A DNA stretch of 64,000 bases from Candidatus Eremiobacteria bacterium (GTDB lineage Bacteria > Vulcanimicrobiota > Vulcanimicrobiia > Vulcanimicrobiales > Vulcanimicrobiaceae): NCBI GenBank assembly GCA_963737065.1, contig CAVTRC010000002.1:224001-288000 (forward strand), written 5' to 3'. The stretch's first letter is position 1, and each line of letters starts with the position of its first letter. Below the pieces are notes generated by a model. It was not told the DNA's origin and did not search any database. It worked only from the letters and a program-made list of their open reading frames with translations. This document shows, piece by piece, positions 56,195 to 64,000 of the stretch. A program made the position numbers and the translations under genes.

Positions 56195-59100
56195 CAATGG
56201 GCGATTCGCTCCGGAACGCCGCTTCTCTCCACATACGAGCACAGAACGTTGATCATCATCATTTGTTCGGGCGAGCTACACGCTACATCGAGCAATCGTG
56301 GACTACACACCAAGACTGACATAGCGCGCGCTCGCGAGACCGCGACATTGAAGCGGTTCTGTTCGAAGAGGAAGCCGACGTCGCGTGGCACGTCCTCGCC
56401 GCTCGATGTCGCCATCGAGTACAAGACGACCGCTGCTTCTTGCCCCTGAAACTTATCGACCGTTCCGACGGCAATGTACAGACCGGCATCGCGCAGTTTG
56501 CGCTCGATGAGCCGGCGCTGCGCGTTGTATGGGGTTACAACGATGATGTCGTCGTCGCGCATCGAGCGCTCGAGGCCATCATCATCAATGACGAAACCTT
56601 CGCGAAGCAAGGCGATCTCACGAACGATACGATCGGCCTCTTCGACGGAGCTTGCGCTATTCGCCACGTGCTCGACGGGAATGTATCGTAGTCCGCCGCC
56701 GGTGAGGCCGGCGCTGCGAACCGCATGCTGCGCCGTGTGCGGTCCAGCCACGAGACGCTCGTCGTACATCGCGAGCGAGATGAAATTGCAGATTTCCGGG
56801 TGCATGCGGTGACTCACGTCGAGAAAGATGCCGCGATCCGGCGGTATCGTCGGTTCGCTTCCGAGCAGGTGCTCGAGTACGGACCAGCCCGCACGGTACG
56901 GATGGCTTCCTTGGCTGACCTGCGCGAGTTGCGCGGGATCACCGAGCAGCACGACGTTCTTCGCGCATGCCGCAACCGCAACCGCATCGGCCAGCGATAC
57001 CTGTCCCGCTTCGTCGATGAAGAGATAGTCGAACGCGCCGCACAATTCCGGTCGAGAAAAGAGCCACGCGGTTCCGCCGGCGAGGTCGAATTGCAGACTT
57101 TCGAACGCGCCATTGCCGTCGACTGATTCGATCATCGCACGCGGCAATTCCGAGCGGTATTCGGAATGCGCGCTCGTGGACGTGTGCTTGTAGAGGCCGC
57201 GGAAGCGCGCCCCGCGCTCGTACATGCGGGCTTCCACTTTGTGGAGCAGATGATGAATCGCTTTGTGACCCGTGCTCACGACACCGACGCGCGCACCGCG
57301 TTGCAGCAAATCCGCAATAACCGACGAACAAATTGTCGTTTTACCGCTCCCCGGCGGTCCTTGAATAAAAAGATAACTGTTATCGAGATTGCGCACGACG
57401 TGCGAAACAGCGTCCGCGTTCACCGTGTCGGGCTGTAAGACGTCGCCGCGTTGGAAGCCGTGGACGCGCGGAATGGAAGCGCCGACGAGGCCGGCGACGG
57501 CCGGATAGTCTACTGCAAGCTTTCCGTCGAGGGCGCTTTGCGCGACGCGAGTAATCGCACGCCGTTGCTCGGCGGTATTAAGCGGGCCGCCCGGAATGAG
57601 TGCCGAAATCGACCGCGCGTATTCTTCACTGCGCGTCGTCTTTAATTCCAGAATGCCGCGATCGTCGTCGATGCTCACGATGGAGCCAACGCTCTTTTTC
57701 AAGTGCGGGTCGTAGACCGCGTCACCCGCACCGAGCTTGTAGCGCTGTTCGGGCATTCGGTACGTGAAGATTTTGCTGCGCGCTTCGGCGCGTGGCGGAA
57801 CGGTCGCGTCGTATTCCAGGCCCGCAATCGCTTCGCGATCGAACTCGAGCAGATCATCAATGTTATCGCAGCGATCGAAGAACGCCCACCATACGGGCTT
57901 GTCCTCGCGTCGATGGTAACTCAACGCGTGTCCGAGGAGATAGCGTTGCCGCGCGTCTTCGGGAAGCGTCTCGAACGACCGTTCATCGATGATCGGCATG
58001 CCGGTGAGCAGGCTGCGCTGCAGTTCGGTGGCGCAGTGCTCGAGTGCCTCGTCGCGTCGCGGTGCTTCGGAGACGTCGGTTTCGTGAAACGCGTACTCGG
58101 TGTCGTGTAGTCGAGCTGCCTCGTCGCGCCGCGCGAGCAGCCACTCACGCAAAAGATAGGTCGAGTAGCAGTCGTCGCGATTGTACGCCTCGATATCGCG
58201 CAGGATCTCGCCGTCGCCGTCCTGCAGCCATCGTTCGAACATAACGATCGACTCGTCGCCCTTTTTTACGCTCGTCGACCGCTTCAATTCGTAATATTTC
58301 TCCAGCCGCTTGATGCTGTAGCTGTTTTCGGAAATCGCAATCGCTTGTCGAACGACGGCGAACAGATCGACGAGGACCTCGCCGCGCAGTAATTCATCGA
58401 CTTCAGCCTCGCGGGTCGTATGCTGCTGCGCCAAACGGCGCAATGCGGTCTTCTCGTAGTTCGCGTAGTGGTAGACGTGCAAACCCGGAAAGCGGCACCG
58501 GCGTTCGATGATGAAATCCACGAACGCCTCGAACGCGCGCTTTTCTTCTTCGCGATTCAGTCCCCAAAAGGCGTGGAAGTTCGGTTCTTCGAGCGTCCAG
58601 CATCCAAAGAGATATTCGAGCGAACGTCCCGGCTCGTAGAGCGGATCGCCTTCCATATCGAAGAACACGTCGCCGCCGTTCGGCGCGGGCAGAATGCCGA
58701 ACCCGGTTCGTGCGTCGTGACGAAGCAATTCGTAGTGCAAACTTCCATCGGCGCCCCGCGCTTGCAGCGCCGCTTGCCGCCGCAGCTTGACGAATGTCTC
58801 GGGATTCATGCCGTTCGGTCGCGCTTCATCGACGGCGCATGCCAGCTGCGCAACGGTCGTGATCCCCGCATCTTGCAGCTTCGTGACCTGATCGCGGCGC
58901 ATCCACGCGACGATGCTCAAGTGGTCGTCCGCAACGCGCGTGGCCTCGCATGTTCCATCCCACGGACAGTACTTGCAATGCTTGCGGTGCAACGGATATT
59001 CCGACGCGGCATCTTGCCCCGCTGCACGTTCCGTGAATTCGAGGAACTGCTTTTTTAGGTGCCGGTAGTACGCCTCAAAGTCGTGAATGCGAAACGCCCG

Positions 59101-59637
59101 CTGTTCGTTGTTGCCCAGGATGATGTAGCCGTGGCGCGGCGCGACACCTTGCAGCCGCTCCAGGTGCTCGCTGTAGTTGCAGAGCTGGATCAAGAAGTAC
59201 GGCTTCGACGAAAGTGCGAGCTTTGTGTCGAGCACCTCGTAACTCCACGGACCGAGGTCTGACGGTCGCTCGACACGTCGAAGAAAATCGGCGTGTCCGA
59301 GAAACTGCCCGTCAAAAAACGTCGCCTGATAGATGACCGGCGCGCCGGCGCGCATCGCCTCGAGCGTCTGCACCTCCGCGGCATGGTACGCTTCGACGCC
59401 GCGGCCGCTCCGCCCGATCGAAACGACGCCCGGCATGTCGCGTTCGAGGCGCGCGAGGTACGCGGCTTCGTGCTCCTCGCCTTTGCGGCGGATCAGTTTG
59501 TTCTGCTCGTCCTCATCGAGCGGCGCCTGGAGTCGACCGCGCGCGACGAGATCTTCGAGCTCGGTCAACCGCCGGCACTCGAGAAAATTGTTCAAGTCCG
59601 TTGCCGAGAAGATGACGCGGCCGTCAACGTACTGCAT
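56194..59637 (-). CDS. TM0106-family RecB-like nuclease / RNase H-like / SF1 (Upf1/DNA2-like) helicase fusion
   Basis: SATDL..F..C, G.ADFL...YEVLDTKL...QLC.Y, FFDMEGDP, YNRDDC, QGPPGSGKT, IDEAGQ, GDP.QL, GTVDKFQGQE, NR.NVA.SRA. Confidence 0.92.
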   Translation of the reverse strand: MQYVDGRVIFSATDLNNFLECRRLTELEDLVARGRLQAPLDEDEQNKLIRRKGEEHEAAYLARLERDMPGVVSIGRSGRGVEAYHAAEVQTLEAMRAGAPVIYQATFFDGQFLGHADFLRRVERPSDLGPWSYEVLDTKLALSSKPYFLIQLCNYSEHLERLQGVAPRHGYIILGNNEQRAFRIHDFEAYYRHLKKQFLEFTERAAGQDAASEYPLHRKHCKYCPWDGTCEATRVADDHLSIVAWMRRDQVTKLQDAGITTVAQLACAVDEARPNGMNPETFVKLRRQAALQARGADGSLHYELLRHDARTGFGILPAPNGGDVFFDMEGDPLYEPGRSLEYLFGCWTLEEPNFHAFWGLNREEEKRAFEAFVDFIIERRCRFPGLHVYHYANYEKTALRRLAQQHTTREAEVDELLRGEVLVDLFAVVRQAIAISENSYSIKRLEKYYELKRSTSVKKGDESIVMFERWLQDGDGEILRDIEAYNRDDCYSTYLLREWLLARRDEAARLHDTEYAFHETDVSEAPRRDEALEHCATELQRSLLTGMPIIDERSFETLPEDARQRYLLGHALSYHRREDKPVWWAFFDRCDNIDDLLEFDREAIAGLEYDATVPPRAEARSKIFTYRMPEQRYKLGAGDAVYDPHLKKSVGSIVSIDDDRGILELKTTRSEEYARSISALIPGGPLNTAEQRRAITRVAQSALDGKLAVDYPAVAGLVGASIPRVHGFQRGDVLQPDTVNADAVSHVVRNLDNSYLFIQGPPGSGKTTICSSVIADLLQRGARVGVVSTGHKAIHHLLHKVEARMYERGARFRGLYKHTSTSAHSEYRSELPRAMIESVDGNGAFESLQFDLAGGTAWLFSRPELCGAFDYLFIDEAGQVSLADAVAVAACAKNVVLLGDPAQLAQVSQGSHPYRAGWSVLEHLLGSEPTIPPDRGIFLDVSHRMHPEICNFISLAMYDERLVAGPHTAQHAVRSAGLTGGGLRYIPVEHVANSASSVEEADRIVREIALLREGFVIDDDGLERSMRDDDIIVVTPYNAQRRLIERKLRDAGLYIAVGTVDKFQGQEAAVVLYSMATSSGEDVPRDVGFLFEQNRFNVAVSRARAMSVLVCSPRLLDVACSSPEQMMMINVLCSYVERSGVPERIAH

Positions 59638-59707
59638 GCGCCCAGATTACGCTATGGAGATGCCAACTGCATGGCATTACACAAAACGTCCGTTGCCGCC
59701 CCAGCGA

Positions 59708-62491
59708 TCATGAAAAGAGCGTTTCCAGATCTTCGGGGGTCAGCGCGAGCGGCGCATGCGCGCTCTCGTCGAAAAGCGTCGCGGCTAGATCCCCTTTCCG
59801 TTGCTGAAGTTCCACGATGCGATCTTCGACCGTTGCATCGGCGATCAGCTTGTAGACGAAGACATGTTGGTCCTGACCGATGCGGTGCGCACGATCCGTC
59901 GCTTGCTGCTCGACCGCCGGATTCCACCACGGATCGTAATGGATAATCGTATCCGCTGCGGTGAGATTCAGTCCGGTGCCGCCTGCCTTGAGACTGATGA
60001 GAAAGAGTGGAACGTCGCGTGCTTGGAATCGCTGCACGGGACTTTCGCGATCGCGAGTCGCGCCGCGCAACTCGACGTAGGGGATGCTGCGCTTGTGCAG
60101 CTCGGGCTTGATCAGATCGAGCATCGACGTGAACTGGGAGAAGAGAAGAATCCGCCGTCCGTCTTCGATGAGGCTGTCCAGCATCTCGAGGAGCGCTTCG
60201 AGCTTCGCGGACTCGGTGACGGTCGCTGCGGCGGGCAGCTTCAGCAGCCGCGGATCGCAACACACTTGCCGCAGTTTCAGCAGCGCATCGAGCACCACGA
60301 TGCGGCTTCGATTGAGGCCGCGGCGTTCGACTTCTTCCCGTACTCGAGCGTGCATGGCAAGGCGAATCGTTTCGTAGAGGTCGCGTTGCTCGCCGGAGAG
60401 TTCGACGCGCTGAATGATCTCCGTTTTCTCGGGCAGATCGCGCGCCACCGACGCCTTCGTCCGGCGCAGGAGAAACGGCCGCAGGCGCGATGCGAGCGCG
60501 CCGCGCCGAAGCGTATCGCCGTGTTTCTCGATCGGCGTGCGAAAGCGCCGGCGGAACGACGAGAGGTCTTCGAGCAAGGCGGGTTCTGCAAACGCGAAGA
60601 TCGACCACAGTTCCTCGAGGTGATTTTCGATCGGCGTCCCGGTCAGCGCGATGCGCTGCTCGGCGTGCAAACGCCGTGCCACCGTGGCCGCATTCGTTCG
60701 CGGATTCTTGATCGCTTGCGCCTCGTCGAGAACCGCGATCGACCATCGCTGCGGCGTAAGCGTGGCCGCGTCGCGAGGAAGCAACGCGTACGTGGTCAGC
60801 ACGATGTTCGCGTTCGCGATATCGTCGAAACGGTCGCGCCGGCCGGCGCCGGTGATCGAGACGACGCGCAGCGACGGTGCAAACCGCGCGATCTCCGCGC
60901 GCCAGTTCGGAACGACGCTCGTCGGCGCAACGATGAGCGCCGGCGCGTGCAAGCGGCCGGCATCGCGCTCGATCAACACGTGCGCGAGCAACTGCACGGT
61001 TTTGCCGAGGCCCATGTCATCGGCCAGTACGCCGCCGAATCCGCGTTCGCGTAACGCCTGCAGCCACGCGACGCCGTCACGTTGATACGGCCGCAGCTCG
61101 CCGACGAACGACGGCGGCACTCGCAGCGAAACGCCGTCGATTGTCGTCAGCGCATCGAAGAGTTCGCGTAAGCGCGCGGTGCCGATGCCGCGCGTGCCCG
61201 CAACCGTAAACACGTCATCCAGCGCGGCGGCGCGTACCGCGGGAACGCGCATGCGGCCGTCCTCGGTGAGCGGCGCATCGAAAAGATCGACGAGCGTCGC
61301 GAGCAATCGCGCGACGCGTTCGCGCGGCAGGGCGACATATGCTCCGCTCGGCAAGCGCGCATAGAATGGTTCGTTCGAATCGCCGGCGTTGAGGCCGTTG
61401 ACCAACAACGGAAGCAACGCGACCCGTTCACCTTCCACGTCGATACCGAGATCGATGTTGAACCACCGCGCTTGCGCGTCGGTGAGCTCGGCGTGCCATT
61501 CGTCGCTCGCCTCAACCACCGCATACGGGAAATCGTCGGGAATCTCGATCCGCCAGCCTTCACGCCGCAATTGCGGCGCAACGTGACCGACGAACGATAC
61601 CCACTCGCGTTCGCTCGTGTCGGGTCCAAGGCGCAACTCACGAAACCGCTCCGTTACTTGACTTTCAAACGTCGTGCGTCGCGGCCACACCGCGCTTCCG
61701 AGACGAAACTCGCGGCGCGGATCGTGTTCGTGTACTTCATCGTTGCCGTACGCGAACGTTAATTCCGGCATAATGCGTTCGTCCGCGACCGTAAAGCGCA
61801 TGACGGGCGCGGGATTGCGATCGACGACGTCGATCGTTTCATCGAGGTACGGCGGTTCGACGTTTGCGGATGCGAAAACGTGGCGAAGCGCGACGTTCAC
61901 GCGCCGCGCTTGATCGGCGGTGAGGGAAGGTGAAGCGGCCAGCACCGCGGCCATTGCCGGCGCGATATCGACATCGACCGCACCCGACGTATTCGTGCGC
62001 GCATCTACGTACCAGAGCGGCGCCGAAGGCAACAGCACGGTGGACGAGCGTCCACGCACGTGCAGCCGCTGCCGCCCGTCGTTCCCGCGTATCCATCCGA
62101 GCGACGCGTTCGCCAGCGCTCGTTCGACGAGCGGCGGCGCATCAACCGTCCGCCAATGCACACGATGCGTCGCGATCAGCGCTTGTACGAGCGTTGCGAG
62201 CACGACCGGCGAAAGATTTCGCAAACCGCCGAGCAAGCCGCTCGCCGCAACGAGTTTGCCGATCGTCCGATCCGATGCCATCGCATATTTTGCATTAGCC
62301 GTTGCAAGCGTCGCAAGATCGATGCGTCGTCCGCTGACGAATGCCGATAGCACGAAGCGCGGCACGTAATAGTGCTCTTGCACGTCGATTGCATACGAAA
62401 TATATTCGCGCGGCAGACGCGTGGAATCGACGGTCGATGCTGCTACGGCTTCAACCCAACTGTCAACGGCGCCATCGGCTGCGTCACGCAT
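59708..62491 (-). CDS. SNF2/SWI2 family helicase
   Basis: LRPYQ..GV.WL, LADDMGLGKT, DEAQAIKN, LTGTPIENHL, LRQVCCDP, SLKAGGTGLNLT, QATDRAHRIGQ. Confidence 0.95.
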   Translation of the reverse strand: MRDAADGAVDSWVEAVAASTVDSTRLPREYISYAIDVQEHYYVPRFVLSAFVSGRRIDLATLATANAKYAMASDRTIGKLVAASGLLGGLRNLSPVVLATLVQALIATHRVHWRTVDAPPLVERALANASLGWIRGNDGRQRLHVRGRSSTVLLPSAPLWYVDARTNTSGAVDVDIAPAMAAVLAASPSLTADQARRVNVALRHVFASANVEPPYLDETIDVVDRNPAPVMRFTVADERIMPELTFAYGNDEVHEHDPRREFRLGSAVWPRRTTFESQVTERFRELRLGPDTSEREWVSFVGHVAPQLRREGWRIEIPDDFPYAVVEASDEWHAELTDAQARWFNIDLGIDVEGERVALLPLLVNGLNAGDSNEPFYARLPSGAYVALPRERVARLLATLVDLFDAPLTEDGRMRVPAVRAAALDDVFTVAGTRGIGTARLRELFDALTTIDGVSLRVPPSFVGELRPYQRDGVAWLQALRERGFGGVLADDMGLGKTVQLLAHVLIERDAGRLHAPALIVAPTSVVPNWRAEIARFAPSLRVVSITGAGRRDRFDDIANANIVLTTYALLPRDAATLTPQRWSIAVLDEAQAIKNPRTNAATVARRLHAEQRIALTGTPIENHLEELWSIFAFAEPALLEDLSSFRRRFRTPIEKHGDTLRRGALASRLRPFLLRRTKASVARDLPEKTEIIQRVELSGEQRDLYETIRLAMHARVREEVERRGLNRSRIVVLDALLKLRQVCCDPRLLKLPAAATVTESAKLEALLEMLDSLIEDGRRILLFSQFTSMLDLIKPELHKRSIPYVELRGATRDRESPVQRFQARDVPLFLISLKAGGTGLNLTAADTIIHYDPWWNPAVEQQATDRAHRIGQDQHVFVYKLIADATVEDRIVELQQRKGDLAATLFDESAHAPLALTPEDLETLFS

Positions 62492-62566
62492 AAAGATCAA
62501 TGGTACCGCAGCGATCGCCGAGAAAATGCAGCGCTGCCGGGCTGTTTCAGCCGCGAAATAGTAGCC

Positions 62567-62595
62567 TTGACGCCCTCGCGGGGCGGTGGTAGAAT
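62567..62595 (+). promoter_or_regulatory. Sigma70 promoter of rpoB
   Basis: TTGACG-N17-TAGAAT with extended -10 TG (TGGTAGAAT). Confidence 0.8.
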
Positions 62596-62632
62596 CTCAG
62601 CCTATGCCCTGCGGCTTTTAAGCCACAAATAG

Positions 62633-62690
62633 AAGAAGGGCGAGTCCGCCCGGCACCAAGCAGCCGGACGAGCTCGGCCTCTTTTGTGTG
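62633..62690 (+). terminator. Attenuator-like hairpin in the rpoB leader
   Basis: AAGAAGGGCGAGT..CGCCCGGC / GCCGGACG..GCTCGGCCTCTT stem followed by TTTTGTGTG. Confidence 0.55.
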
Positions 62691-62714
62691 TCCAAACGCG
62701 AAGAGAGAGAACGA

Positions 62715-64000
62715 ATGGCGAAAACGACGGCTCCGAAGTCCCCTGCGAAGAGCTCCGCAGGCGCGAAGGGCAAGTCGAAGCGTACCGAGCGGCCCGCGCC
62801 CAACGCCGGCGTCACGACCACTGCGGTTCATACAACCTTCCCGGCAGCGGCCGGCGCATTCACGATCGAACAGCCGCCGGATCCCGGCCCCAAGCGCACC
62901 CGGCACTCGTTCGCAAAGATTCCGCACGTCCTCGAAATCCCGAACCTGATCGAACTTCAAAAAGCGAGTTTCGATTGGTTCAAGACCGAAGGATTGGCCG
63001 AGGCGTTCGCGTCGATTTCGCCGATCAAAGATTTCACCGGCAACCTTATCCTCGAGTTCGGCGACCACTCGCTCGGCGAGCCCAAGTATTCTATTGAAGA
63101 GTGTCGCGAGCGCGACATGACGTACAGTGCGCCGCTCCGCGTCCGCGTTCGTCTCATCACCGCCGAATCGGGCGAAATCAAAGGTATCCCGGACCAAGAA
63201 ATTTTCATGGGCGATTTTCCGCTCATGACCGACAAGGGCACGTTCATGATCAACGGCGCGGAGCGGGTGATCGTCAGCCAGCTGGTCCGTTCGCCCGGCG
63301 TGTACTACAGCCAAGACGTCGATACCAATTCACGCGCGACGTACAACGCCACGATTATTCCGAATCGTGGTGCGTGGATCGAATTCGAAACCGACAACGG
63401 CACCAAGAACGACGATACCGAGGGCACGATCGGCGTTCGCATCGACAAAAACCGCAAGATCTACGTCTCGACGTTCATCCGCGCGCTTTCGCGCCCGGAT
63501 CTCGGTTTCAATTGGGAGAGCGACGAAGCGATTCTTGCGCTCTTCAATGGTGCGCCGTTGATCCGGAACTCGATCGAAAAAGACAAAGACATCAAGACGC
63601 GCGAAGATGCGCTCAAAGAGATCTATAAGAAGCTGCGTCCCGGCGAACCCGAAAATGCGGAGAACGCCGAGAAACTGCTCGAATCGCTGTTCTTCGACGA
63701 GAAGCGTTATGATCTCGCCGGCGTTGGCCGCTACAAACTGCAGGGTAAATTCCATTACCAGATCGACAACCCGGACGTGGAAGAGCGTGCCGCCGCGCCC
63801 AGGATTCAGATCAACGAATACAACGGTCTCGAAGAGCCATCGATCGATGTGAAATGTCTCGCGCGTGCCGATATGATTTCGGTGATCCGACGCCTTATCA
63901 AAGTCGCGACAGGCGTTATCAAGAAGGACGACATCGACCATCTCGGTAACCGCCGCGTGCGCTCCGTCGGCGAACTGCTGCAAAATCAGTTCCGTGTCGG
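62715..64000 (+). CDS. rpoB: RNA polymerase beta subunit (3'-truncated by window edge; absent from the ORF track)
   Basis: Manual translation: IPNLIELQKASF, TYSAPL, FMGDFPLMTDKGTF.INGAERVIVSQLVRSPGVY, RYDL..VGRYK, DDIDHLGNRRVRSVGELLQNQ. Confidence 0.97.
   Translation, partial: MAKTTAPKSPAKSSAGAKGKSKRTERPAPNAGVTTTAVHTTFPAAAGAFTIEQPPDPGPKRTRHSFAKIPHVLEIPNLIELQKASFDWFKTEGLAEAFASISPIKDFTGNLILEFGDHSLGEPKYSIEECRERDMTYSAPLRVRVRLITAESGEIKGIPDQEIFMGDFPLMTDKGTFMINGAERVIVSQLVRSPGVYYSQDVDTNSRATYNATIIPNRGAWIEFETDNGTKNDDTEGTIGVRIDKNRKIYVSTFIRALSRPDLGFNWESDEAILALFNGAPLIRNSIEKDKDIKTREDALKEIYKKLRPGEPENAENAEKLLESLFFDEKRYDLAGVGRYKLQGKFHYQIDNPDVEERAAAPRIQINEYNGLEEPSIDVKCLARADMISVIRRLIKVATGVIKKDDIDHLGNRRVRSVGELLQNQFRV

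Noticed and set aside
59682..59696. Second SOS box upstream of TM0106
   Set aside because: AAAC-N4-GTTG has a mismatch in each half-site

Overview
A GC-rich bacterial chromosomal segment. Its style suggests Candidatus Eremiobacterota/Vulcanimicrobiota (inference from the Firmicutes-like flagellar and chemotaxis genes, a Gram-positive-type LexA box and Vgb-like lipoproteins). Layout: (1) 1-14.5 kb, a flagellar motor, export and chemotaxis cluster (motAB-fliM-fliY-fliOPQR-flhBA-PilZ-cheYC-cheAW), interrupted by an inverted Vgb-like lipoprotein gene. (2) 14.5-18.7 kb, a BlaI repressor, an M56 (BlaR1-like) protease whose extracellular domain is a Cys-capped pentapeptide-repeat solenoid, and a secreted colinear paralog of that domain, with two operator dyads. 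(3) 18.6-25.5 kb, a split two-gene CHAD divergent from a LexA-boxed imuA-imuB-dnaE2 cassette. The cassette carries an extra translationally coupled GIY-YIG (T5orf172/MUG113-type) nuclease gene, and dnaE2 has an in-frame REP-like insertion. (4) 26-37 kb, housekeeping genes (rlmD, gatCAB, mutS2, tyrS, hslO, aroQ, hup). (5) A variable region around tRNA-Pro(GGG) with pseudogenes. (6) 41-56 kb, mixed accessory genes (TipA-like MerR, RNase H, glycosyltransferases, EmrB-type MFS, AtoE, TAT glycoside hydrolase, orphan PD-(D/E)XK nuclease, penicillin acylase). (7) TM0106 nuclease-helicase, SNF2 helicase and the 5' part of rpoB with its own promoter and a hairpin leader. The best candidates for undescribed systems are the BlaI/M56-pentapeptide module and the four-gene mutasome. 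All calls rest on motif recognition by eye; no searches were run.
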